Assembly (NCBI RefSeq): GCF_018977255.1
Contig: NW_024704743.1
Location: forward strand, 97,156,001-97,220,000
Direction: 5' to 3'
Length of the DNA stretch: 64,000 bases
DNA from: Callorhinchus milii
Lineage: Eukaryota
In this document: in pieces, positions 36,201 through 48,200 of the stretch
Numbering within the stretch: position 1 is the stretch's first letter
How the letters are laid out: every line of letters begins with the position of its first letter
Position numbers and translations under genes: made by a program
The notes under the pieces: generated by a model
What the model was told of the DNA's origin: nothing
The model's database searches: none
Seen by the model: only the letters and a program-made list of their open reading frames with translations

Positions 36201-39200
36201 ATGTACTGTCAGTTATAAAGAATGCAAGGCCTGATAGCTGCATGTTTGCAATCATTTTCCAGTCAGACAAATTCCTAAAGTTGTGCTTTTTATTTTAAAG
36301 GGGTGGGGGAGAAAATCTTCTCATTAAACACTTGGCAAAAGACCTAGTATTATATGTACTAGATTTAATGCAGCTCATTGCACCACTGAAAGAAAGCCTT
36401 CACAATGACCAAGTCTTTGAAAAATGCACCATTTCTCGAGAGATTCATTAAGAGTTTTGAAGTACCAAATGGAAGAAACTGTTAAGGAACAGTAATTATT
36501 GACTGGTTTTGTTTGCACTTGTGCTATTTCCCTGATTGGTACCTTGGGTTGGTCTGAAGTCTCTTCAAAATTATCCTAAGTGCATAATTTTAAAGAGTCT
36601 TCAGACCAAACTAAGATGAATACCCACTTAGGGATACTAGTGAACTTAGAATTTTTGAGTCCTGCTTCACAAGATAACAGTTGAGTCAAGACAGGATCTT
36701 ATTTTAGCTGCACAAAAGTGCCACTTTGTTATTGGGAGCGCAGAAATCTTCATTCTGTTGCAGCTGGTGGGAAGGCTTCACACACAAGAAGACAGTTGAT
36801 AATTGTCACCTGAAATTCCGTTGTTTCTTAACAGATTTAATATTAAATACATTGTATATCAAATTTGTTATGAAACAGCACATTATTCATCCCATAAATA
36901 ATTTGAAATTATTAAAGTTAAATCTTTTGTGAGCAGAGTTTCTGTGCGAGTCACACAGATTTGTAATTTATTTTACTTCTATTTTTAATTGACATGCATG
37001 TGCAGGACACTGATCACAGAACACTTTAGGAATGATATCCTTCATTTTGATGAGCAAAGAAAACTTGAAGCCCACACTTTCAACAACAACAACTGGCATT
37101 TATATGGCACCCTTCATGCCGGACAGCGTCTTGGATTGCTATTTTCTACAATATACCAAATAAAGTATATATTTGAGATTTTATCAGATATTGATCATTT
37201 AGCAGAGGCAATAAAAAGTGCCCTCACAAGAACCAGAAAATATGAAATACTATATATTTTGAACTGTAGGACCTTTTTCTGAGCAAACAAGTGAATTTGC
37301 TTTGTTTTAACCAATCCTGTCTTATTGTGCTACGGGTTTCCTGGACCTCGAGTGAATTCTGCACTTTCCTTTTAATACTAAACCGTCTCAAAGACCCCAA
37401 ATCCTTACAGACATTTTAATTGATATTTTTCCAAAATTCTATAAATAGTTTTTGTTATAACACCCAGAACAATCACTGTCTATAAATTGTTTGGCCTTTG
37501 TATCACCAGGAAGCATTACCAGTCTCTTAATTCAGACTAAAACAAATTTTAAAGAGCGCCTGTGTTGAAAAGTATAATTTCAAATTATAGGACTTGTATA
37601 TAATTCTGTGTAATTGTACAGTTCATGGCGTAAATGATTTCAAGTCATTTCAATCCATTTTGAAAATCAATTTTAAAAATTAGAATGCTGATCTCACAAG
37701 CGTTGGAGAGTTTTAGCACCATTGATATTCAATTACACTGCAACTGATGCTTTTTATTCTTAAACAATTTGCCCTTATATAACGCCCTCCATGCAGGGTA
37801 GCATCTCAGAGCGCTTAACAGTGGTGCAGCCTGACTCTGGTGGAGGGAGGCGGCTGTAAGCAAGGCCGAAGAGGAAGGTTTTCAGGTGGGACTTTGTAGC
37901 ATCTGGAGTATTTTGCGTTTTGAACTGATACTTTTTATTCATTTCACTGCAGACACATGCAGTGACACATGCATGACACATGCAGTGAAATGAATGCTTC
38001 CTTGCATCAACAACAATTTGCACTTATATAGCACCGTCCACACAGGGTAGAGTCTCAGAGCGCTTAATTCCAGCCTAATTCCAGAACAGCCTAATTCCAA
38101 GCCCTGGGGGTGGGGGCATGAGAGGGCGGCTGTAAGCACGGTTGAAGAGGAAGGTTATCAGATGGGACTTGAAAAAAGGCAAAATGCATCAACCTCTGCA
38201 TCGCAGTACAACAACAACAAGACAACAAGATTCCATTTATAGAGTGCCTTTCACGTCAGGAGGACGTCCCAAGACGCTGTACAGTTGGGTCAGGACCCGA
38301 GCAGGAAGGAAATGGTCAGGGTGAGGAGAGGGAAGGGAGGGAGCGAGGAGGAGGTAGAGAGTCGAGAGGGGAGCTGAAGGCACGGTCAAAGAGAAAGGTC
38401 TTGAGACCGGCCTTGAAGGAGGAAAGGGAGGAGGCGGCGAAGGCACTGGGGGATAGAGTTCCAGAGCCTCGGGGCTGAGAGGCTGAAGGCCCGGCCACCG
38501 ATGGTGGGAGGTTGGGGCGGGGGATGTGGAGCAGACCGGAGCCAGAGGAACGGAGGGTACGGGCAGGTAGGTAGGGGGATAGTAGGTCGGAGAGGTAGGA
38601 GGGAGCAAGGCCGTGAATGGCCTTGTAGGTGAGGATGAGGATCTTGAATTCGATCCTCTGGGGGATGGGGAGCCAGTGGAGGTGAGCGAGGGTGGGAGTG
38701 ATGTGGTCGAAGCCTGGTGCGGGACAGTACACGAGCTGCAGAGTTCTGAATGACCTGCAGCTTGTGGAGGGAGGTGCGGGAAGGCCGGCGAGGAGAGAGT
38801 TCCCGTAGTCCAGCCTTGAGGTGATAAAGGCGTGGACCAGAGTTTCAGCAGCGTGAGGGGTGAGGTAGTGTCGTAGTCTGGCGACATTCCGGAGGTGATG
38901 GAAGGCGGTGCCAGTTGTAGCGCGGATGTGGGGTAGAAAGGACAGCTCAGGGTCGAACAGAACGCCGAGGTTCCTGTTTGGCTTTGAGAGGTGGAGAGTG
39001 CAGCCTTGGATGCTGATGCTGTCAGCGCCTGAGGTGCGGAGGCGCTGACGCGAGCCAATCAGGAGGGCCTCAGGTTTACGCACGTTGAGCTGAAGAAACT
39101 GGACTATGTTTGGCCATTTTTTTCAGGTATGAAATCCCTGGAAGAGAATGCTTCACAACCCTGAGGCTAGAAAGCTAGTTTTAACAAGTGTCAGGTATCC

Positions 39201-42200
39201 CACTGAATGACTTTTACATTGCTTATGTCAGAACCAGCTGGCACACCAGCTTTTTCTCTTGGAAATGTCACCAGCAGTTGAAGCTCAGTGCAACATAACC
39301 AATTAAAGGCTACACACACTCAAACGTCAGATTTCCTGAACAGAAGGTGACACAAGTAAAGCAATATAATTTGCTACAAAAACAGAAGTCACTGAGAACA
39401 CTCAGCAGGTCAGGCAGCATCTATGGAGAAAGGAAAGTGAGTCAACATTTGAGGTCCATGACCCTTCGTCAGAACTGGGGCATGTTGGGAGGGAGAGGCT
39501 TTTAAGGTCTAAGTGAGAGGGGGGAAGGCAGGGCAAGACAGACAAAGGAGAAAGTGGAGTAGAAGACGGGATGATGGATTAAAACGGTGTTAATAATACA
39601 AAACAAAGTGGGGTGTTGAAATTGCAGCAAAACAGGCAGACTAGAGAGAGAAAATAAGTGCCTGGGACCCAGATGATGTGGTAATGGTCACAAGAAAGGA
39701 GGGGGAGGGGGAAAGTAAGCTGTTATGATCTGAAATTATTGAAATTAATATCGAGGCAAGAGGGCTGTAAGGCCCCTAGCAGATAGATGAGGTGCTGTTC
39801 CTTGAGCTTGAGTTGTGGTTCATTGGAACAGCATGGGAGACCATGGATAATAATAATAATAATAATAATCCTTGCATTTGATATAGTGCTTTTCACGTCG
39901 GGAGGACGTCCCAAAGCGCTTCACAGAACACACTGTAAAGTGAATTGACTGTATATTTGTGGGTGAACGCAGCAGCCAATTGCGCACAGCAATGTCCCAC
40001 AAACAGTCGTAGATTGAAAATGACCAATTTATTATTGTTTTTGGTTTTTGGAGGGATTATTATTAGGCGTGTGGAGTAAGGAAACTTGCCCAAGGTTTCG
40101 CCCTGCCTGGAATTGAACTCGGGTCTCTCGCTTGCAAAGCGAGTGCTCTAACCACTGAACTGCAGGAAGAGGTCAGAGTGGGAGGGACAGTTGAATTGGC
40201 AAGAAACCGAAGCTCAGGGTTGAGCTTGCGGACAGAACGGAGGTGTTCAGAAATCGGTCACCCAATCTTCGTTTGGTCTCCCCAATGTAGAGGAGACCAC
40301 ATCGTGAGCAGCGAATGCAGTAAACTTCATGGTGGTAGTACACGTAAATGGCTGTCTCACTTGAAAACTGTGTTTGGGGCTCTAGCAAATATAATTTGCT
40401 GCTGTATATTTGCACTACTCTCAAAAATAATAATAATCCTTGTATTTTGTTTAGCACCTTTCACATCAGGAGGACTTTTTATTCATTTCACTGCATGCAT
40501 CTCTGACATGAGACGTGCAACAACAACAAATTAAATTTACAGAGCGACGTCCCAAAGCGCTGAACTTTGTCGGGGCCCGAGCATGGGGAAGGGGTGGTGT
40601 AGGGGTGAGGGAAGGCAGAGAGGTGGTAGGGAGACCAAAGGCACGGTCGAAGAGAAGGGTCTTGAGACCGGCCTTGAAAGAGGCAAGGGAGGAAGGAAGG
40701 CAAAGGGACCATGGGATGGAGTTCCAGAGTGTGGAGGCAGAGAGGCTGAAAGCCCGCCCACAGAAGGTAGGGCTGGTTGGGCTGGAGACTTGGAGCAGGT
40801 CAGAGCCCGATGAACGGAGGGAGCGGGCCGGTTGGTAGGGAGTCAGCAGGTCAGAGAGATAGGAGAGGGCAAAGCCATGGTTGGCCTTAAAGGTGAGGAC
40901 GAGGATCGTGAACTCGATCCTCTGGGGGATGGGGAGCCAGTGGAGTCGGGCGAGAGTGGGTCACAGTGTCTGTGCATGAGAGTACACGAGCTGCAGAGTT
41001 TTGGATGACCTGCAGCTTGTGAAGGGAAGAGTTGGGAAGACCGATGAGGAGGGAGTTCCCATAATCGAGCCTTGATGTGACAAATGTGTGGGTGAGGGTT
41101 TCAGCAGCCTGAGGTTTGAGGCAGTGGTGGAGTCTGGCAATGTTGTGGAGGTGGTGGTAGGCAGTGCCGGTCATGGTGCGGATATGGGGGAGAAAGGACA
41201 GTTCAGGGTCAAACAAGATACCCAAGTTCCTGACTGGTTTAGTGAGGTTGAGGGCAGCCATGGAGGCTGATGCTGCCAGCGCCTGAGGTGCGGAGGAGAT
41301 GGTGCGAGCCAATCAGGCAGGCCTCGGTCTTGCTGACATTGAGTTGGAGAAAGTTGGCTCTTGTCCAGGACTTGATGTCAGACAGGCAGTCGGTCAGGAC
41401 GCCAGTAGTCCTGGAGTTCAGGGTGGAGGCAGAGAGGTAGAGTTGGGCGTCATCCGCATACATTTGGAAATTTACCCCATGTCTTCTGATGATGTCACTA
41501 AGGGGGAGCATGCAGAGGGTGAAGGGGAGGGGACCGAGGTCAGAGCTCTGAGGAACACCGCACGAGACGGTGCGGGGGCTGGAGGAGAAGCCATTTGCCG
41601 CAACAAAATGGAGGCAGTGGGAAAGGTAGGACCTCAACCAGTGAAGGACAGAACCTTGAAGGTTGAGGTGGGAGGAGAGGCGGTGGAGGAGGATTGAGTG
41701 GTCCACAGTGTCAAAGGCGGCGGAGAGGTCGAGGAGGATGAGGAGGCAGAGGGAGCCCTGGTCACACATGGTCAGGATGTCGTTTGTGATCTTGACCAGA
41801 GTAGTTTCCATGCTGTGGGCAGCACGGAAACCCGATTGGAGGGGTTCATGGAGGGAGTGAGAGGAGAGGAAAGAGCAAAGCTGTGAATGCAGGGAAATGA
41901 ATGCTTTGCAGGATACACTGTAAAGTCGAGTGACTATGCATTTGGTGCGAAAACACAGCAGCCAACTTACACACAGCAATGTCACACGAACAGCCTTCAA
42001 ATGAATGACAAGTTTTAATTTGGTACTTGGTGGTCAGCACACCGTGAGAGAAAAGCTCCCTTCTTTTACTGAATAGTGCCATGGCAAACGGGGCATCGGT
42101 TTAATGGTGTGCAAATAGTAGGTGCTATAAAAACTACAACTTGAAACTATAAAAACGGGTAGAAGTGATATGTGCTGCTGAACTTTAAAAATTAAGTCTT

Positions 42201-45200
42201 CTCAATCTTTACATTTTAGCTAATCAATTCACTTTTTATTAAATACTGATTGCAGAACATAAGAGTATCAAAACAGAATTGTAGAAAATTCTTCTGGGTT
42301 TTGGATTTCATGAGGTTCGAAGGTATTCATGTGCGCTCTGAAATAATGTTTAATTTTCTATTTTCCCTGTATTCAACCACTTGCACAACACAAATACAAA
42401 CACGTGGGGCTCCATCTGGTTTGTTGTGATACAACAACAATTTGCACTTATATACCTTTCATGCAAAGGAAAATGTCTCCAGTGCTTTACAGAGACTGAA
42501 TGTGAGGAATACACAATTCATAAAGAAAAGAATACAATGCAATTACATTTATATAGCATCTTTCACATCGGGAGGATGTCCCAAGGAGAAAGGCAGTTTG
42601 GGCTTGGCACCTGAGCTGGGTGTAGGAGCTGAAAAAGTTGGGGAGCGGAAAGATGACAGAAGGGCAAATAGGAAGGGCTTGAAATGAACCTTGAAAGAGT
42701 GAAGGAGGTGGCGAGTCCAAGAGACTCCGGGATGCAGTTCCAGAGACCAGGGGCAGATAAGCTGAAAACCTGACTGCCTAGACATGAAGGAGCAATGATT
42801 TTCTAAAATCCTACTGCATTTTTCAGCTCATTTGTGTTACTCCTGATTTAATTGTATATTGCTCCTTTCAGTATATCCTCTATCTATACTTTTGTGTCTT
42901 GGCTTGATTTTCTGAGTCTCCACATTAGGGTTAGGTTTATTTACCTGAAAGTTTGCACCAAGCAGCATGATATCCCCCACTGTCAACAGTTTGTGCTCCA
43001 ACTAGCAGAGCATCCATGATCAGTACTCGGAAGGGTTACCAAGACACTATTGTGTAACTGTAGAGAATAATTATACAGTAGAGCCCCATTATAAATAATA
43101 ATAATATAATAATCCTTGCATTTGATATAGCACGTTTCACGTATTCTAGATGTCTCAAAACGCTTCACAGGATAGACTGTAAAGTGAATTGACTATATTT
43201 GTGGGAGAAATGCGGCAGCCAATTGGGCATAGCAGTGTCCCACAAACAGTCGTGGATTGAAATGACCCATTTATTATTATTTTTTGAGGGATTATTATCA
43301 GAGTAAGGAAACTTGCCCAAGGTTTCGCCCTGCCGGGAATTGAACCCAGGTCTCTCGCTTGCAAAGCAAGTGCTCTAACCACTGAGCTACAGGACTCTAC
43401 AAGCACTTCTTTATAGTGTGGATTTCTTTATAACATAGTTGCAGCGTAGCCATGACCCTCTGCCCGTAAATAATTCCTTGTGTTATTTCCTTGGAATTGG
43501 ATGAGCCTGTTACAAAATAGTATATCTATTAGATAATTATTTGGGGAAGACAAGTTTGCAGGGCTATGGGGATATAGCAGGGGATGGGAATTGATTTGGA
43601 TATCTCTTTTCAAAGAGCTGGCACAGACACGATGGGCCGAATGGCCTCCTTCTGTGCTGTATAATTCTATGATTCCAAGATCTACCATTCCAAATGCAAT
43701 GTTCCAAACAATATTCCATATGTACATTCTTCTTCATCTTTGCTTCTATTGCAATTGAGTATCCTATACTCGATACTGTGGACCACTCCATCCTCCTCCA
43801 CCACCTTTTCTCTCACCTCAACCTTCAAGGTTCTGTCCTTGAATGGTTCAGGTCTTGTCTCGCACCGTCTTCAATTTGTCACCGCCTACAGTTTCTCTTC
43901 CAGCCCTCGCACAATCTTGTGCGGTGTTCCTCAAGCCTCTGTCCTCGGTCCCTTCCTCTTCAACCTCTATATGGTCCATCTTGGTGACATAGTCCGCAAA
44001 CATGGGGTCAACTTCCACATGTACACGGATGACACTCAACTCTATCTCTCTGGCTCCACCTTCGATTCCAGGACCACTGGATTCCAAGTCCTGGATGAGA
44101 GCCAACTTTCTACAGCTGAATGTCAGCAAAACTGAAGCCCTCCTGATTGGCTCACGCCAGCGGATGCACACTCAACTCCAACAACCCAGTTAGGAACTTG
44201 GGCATCTTGTTTGACCCTCATCTGTGCTTTCTCCCCCATATCCATGCCATGACCCGCTCTGCTTTGCCCCACCTCCACAGCATTGCCCGACTCCGCCACT
44301 GCCTCACCCTTCAGGCTGCTGAAACCCTCATTTGTCACCTCAAGGCCCGACTATGGAAACTCCCTCCTTGTCGGCCTCCCCAACTCTCCATAAGCTGTTG
44401 ATCGTCCAGAACTCTGCAGTTCATGCCCTCTCCAACACCAGGCTCCGTGACCCCCACCCTTGCTTGTCTCCCCATCCCTCAGAGGATAAAATTAAAAATC
44501 CTCGTCCTCACTTTCAAGACCCTCCATGGCCTTGACCCTCCTACTTCTCTTACCTGACCCCCTATCAACCTGTCCGCTCCCTCTGTTCAGCAGGCTCCGG
44601 CCTGCTCCATGTCTCCCGTCCGACCCGCCCTATCGTCGGCGGCTGGGCTCTCAACCTCTCTGACCCACCCCTTGGAACACCATCCTACATCCCTTTGCCT
44701 TGCTCCCTCCTTTGCCTCCTTCAAGGTACAACTCAAGATCCTCCTCTTCGACCGTGCTTTTAGCTGCCCTCCTACCTTTCTGCCCTCCCTCATCCTAACC
44801 TTGCCCCCCACTCTCAGGGCCTCATGCCCAGCTGTTCAGCTCCTTGGGACATCTGCTTGACGTGAAAGGCACTTTACAAATGGAATTTTGTTGTGTACAG
44901 CACAACATTGTCTTTTATCCTTTACATTTCTGTCTCTTGGAGACAGAATCAGTGAACAGATGTCATAGATAGGCTATATTCTATACTGTTCCTGATTTTG
45001 CATGTTTTTTGGTTTTTAAAACTGACTGTTAGAGAGAAAAAAATCATTGGGTAAAATATACTGTGATCTCAATGTCTCTATAATTTTCCTCCCCCAGTTG
45101 AAAAATAATTCTCTCATGATTCACAGTAAGGTATAAACCTTACTGTGAATCATGCGACAGAATTGTGTAGTAATGATATTGCAATTGCCACAATATTTAA

Positions 45201-48200
45201 GCCGTATAATTTTGGCACTACTTTTAACTGCCATTACCATTGGGTTTTGTGTTATTGAAACCATAATATGTATTGTAATCATGAAAGGGAATCAAAGGCT
45301 GTAATTTCACCTACAGGTTTGCTCATAGACTATGATGTCATACAAAGGCAAAAATTAAACTAAAGCCATATTACATGCTGTCAGTCATTCTTGATTCTAT
45401 ATGAAATGGTTTGAAATAGAATATAAACTTGTTTGAATTCCAAAGATTGCGCTTTTCACGATAGTAACCATTATGGAGTTGAACTTTCCAAGGTAATGAT
45501 GTATAAAGAGATAATCTCACTGGTTAGAGGTAAGATGTGTGGCTCTGTTAATAGCATCCTCGTCTCTGGATCAGAAGGACGTGGATTCAGCCCTAGATCT
45601 GGGACTTTGTGCTTACACTCCAGTGGAATGGAAAAAATGCATCATTGGAGGTACAGTCCTTTGCATTAGACATCAAACCTAGGTCCTTTAGTCTGTTCAG
45701 ATATATGATAAAGAAACAATAACACAATTTGAAAAAAAANGGAGATTCTCGTGTCCTGGGCAACAATCCTCTAGATAAATTGAACATTCACTTCCTGGCT
45801 GTTTGTGGAAAAATGTTGTGTGCAAATCGTCTTGCTTACAAATATAGTCACTCCACTTAACAGTAATTACTGCAAAGTACTTAGAGACATTTCAGTGTTA
45901 CAAGGAGTATATCAAATGTAAGAATTATTATTAAACATACAATTTTTATTTGTCTGAACTTTACAACTTAATCTTCTGAGGGAGCACTGAGAAGCAACTG
46001 AGACTTCCAAGGAGCGAGAACATTGATGTTCTCTTTGGCCTGTGAAAAGCAAGATTGCAGATTAGTCAATCATAACATTACAATATCTGCAAGAAAATAT
46101 TACAATGTGCACATCTGTAAGGAAATATATGAATGTTGTGATTTGAAATTGTTTAACTATGACATGGAGTTTCTTGCAGTAGGCAATGCATTTATGTTCT
46201 AACAATGCTTTTCCAGGATGAGGCACAATGCTTAAAATTCAGTCACTCCACTTAACAGTAATTACTGCAAAGTACTTAGAGACATTTCAGTGTTATAAGG
46301 AGTATATCAAATGTAAGAATTTGATATCAAATGTAAGAATTATTATTAAACATACATCTGCCTAATTGCAGAATCCAGTGCAACTTTGAAGGTGGCTATG
46401 GAGAAATTTGTGCTGTTGCTTGTTCGTTCACAGGAAACTATCAATGATCTGATTGTGGTGAGGAACACTTCAAACAATACATTTCACCATCCACCAGAAG
46501 TCATGCTCAAGTCTTCTCTTGTTGTCTGACTGACTGACAACTTGGGATCTTGTTTGACCCTCAACTATCCTTTCTACCCCACATCTGCGCCATGACCTGC
46601 TCTGCCTTCCCCACCTCCGCAACGTCGCCCGGCTCCGACACTATCACACTGCAGGCCGCCAAAACCCTCATACATGCCTTCATTACATTGAGGCTCGACT
46701 ATGCAAACGCACTGCTTGTCGGCCTCCCCAACTCTTCCCTCCACAGGCTGCAGCTCATCCAGAACTTTGCAGCCCGTGTCCTCTTCCGCACTAGGCTCCG
46801 CGACCCTATCACCTCCATCCTTGCCCAACTCCACTGGCTTCCCATCACATAGAGGATACAGTTCAAGATACTGGTCTTCACCTTCAAAGCCCTCCACGGT
46901 CTTGCTCCCCCCTACCTCTGCGACCTCGTAACCCCCTACCACCCTGTTTGCTCCCTCAGCTCAGCGGGCTCCAGCCTGCTTCACGTCCCCCGCCTTGCTC
47001 GCCCCACTATTGGCGGACCGGCCTTCCGCCACTGCACCCACCATCTGGAACTCCACCCCGTAGTCCTTCCATCTCTGCTCCTCCCTCGCCACCTTCAAGA
47101 CCCTCCTGTGCTTTCGATCTCCCTGCTTCCCCCCCTGCCGTCCCACCTCCCCCACCCCGACCCTCAGCTTGAACCCGTAACTCTGTCTGTCCAGCGCATT
47201 GGGACGTTGTCCCGACATGAAAGGCGCTATACAAATATAATTTTGTTGTTGTTGTGACCAGTCCAGCGAAGTTGGAGTTGAATAACAGTAGCTTCAATAC
47301 TGGTACAACCAGATTTTGAGAGAAGAAACACTTTGGTTTATGATCATCCCACGGAATTTGAAGGATTTTGCGTAAAGAACATTGCTCAAGAGTTTTGATG
47401 CCTTCTCTTTAAGTAATAATAATAGTAATAATAATAATTCTTGCATTTGATATAGCGCTTTTCACGTCTTCTAGATGTCTCAAAGCACTTCACAGAATAA
47501 ACTGTAAAGTGAATTGACTATATTTGTGGGCTAAACGCGGCAGCCAATTGCGCACAGCAGTGTCCCAGAAACAGTTCTGGATTGAAAATGACCAATTTAT
47601 TATTGTTTTGTTTTGGAGGGATTATTATTAGGCATGTGGAGTAAAGAAACTTGCCTAAGTACCCAGGACTTAAAGACGTAGAGCAGGGTTGAAAAACTAC
47701 GGACTTCTAAACTATAACCTTCTTGAATACGTCCAGTCCTTTTTCATTGAGTTGTTATTCTGGAAGGATGAGATCCGATGAGAGATCCAAAGATGTTATG
47801 TAGCAATGCAGCATTCCCCTATTACTGTACTGGAGTATCAAAGTAGATTAAGAGTTTACATCATGGCACGGTGCTTATAAGATGCATACTGTAACAAGAA
47901 AGATAAAGCCTTTGGAAATTGTATTCAAATCTAAATTCTGAACAACATATTTCTTTGTTTGAATTTGATCAAGGTGATTGGTGAATGTTGAGGAAAGTAA
48001 TTAATGTTTTCTTACTACATTAACGACTGGTTGGCAGTGCTTTGCATTGTACTCTCCCAAACAACATGTCTAACCTCAGAAAGCACCACGACTACATTAC
48101 AATAATTTCTCTCCCTCACCACTTGACCATTTGTTATGGTTTCTTAGAGCCAGATCAGTCAATTACTGTAACATTAATGCCAGGTTTGTGACTCAACCCA

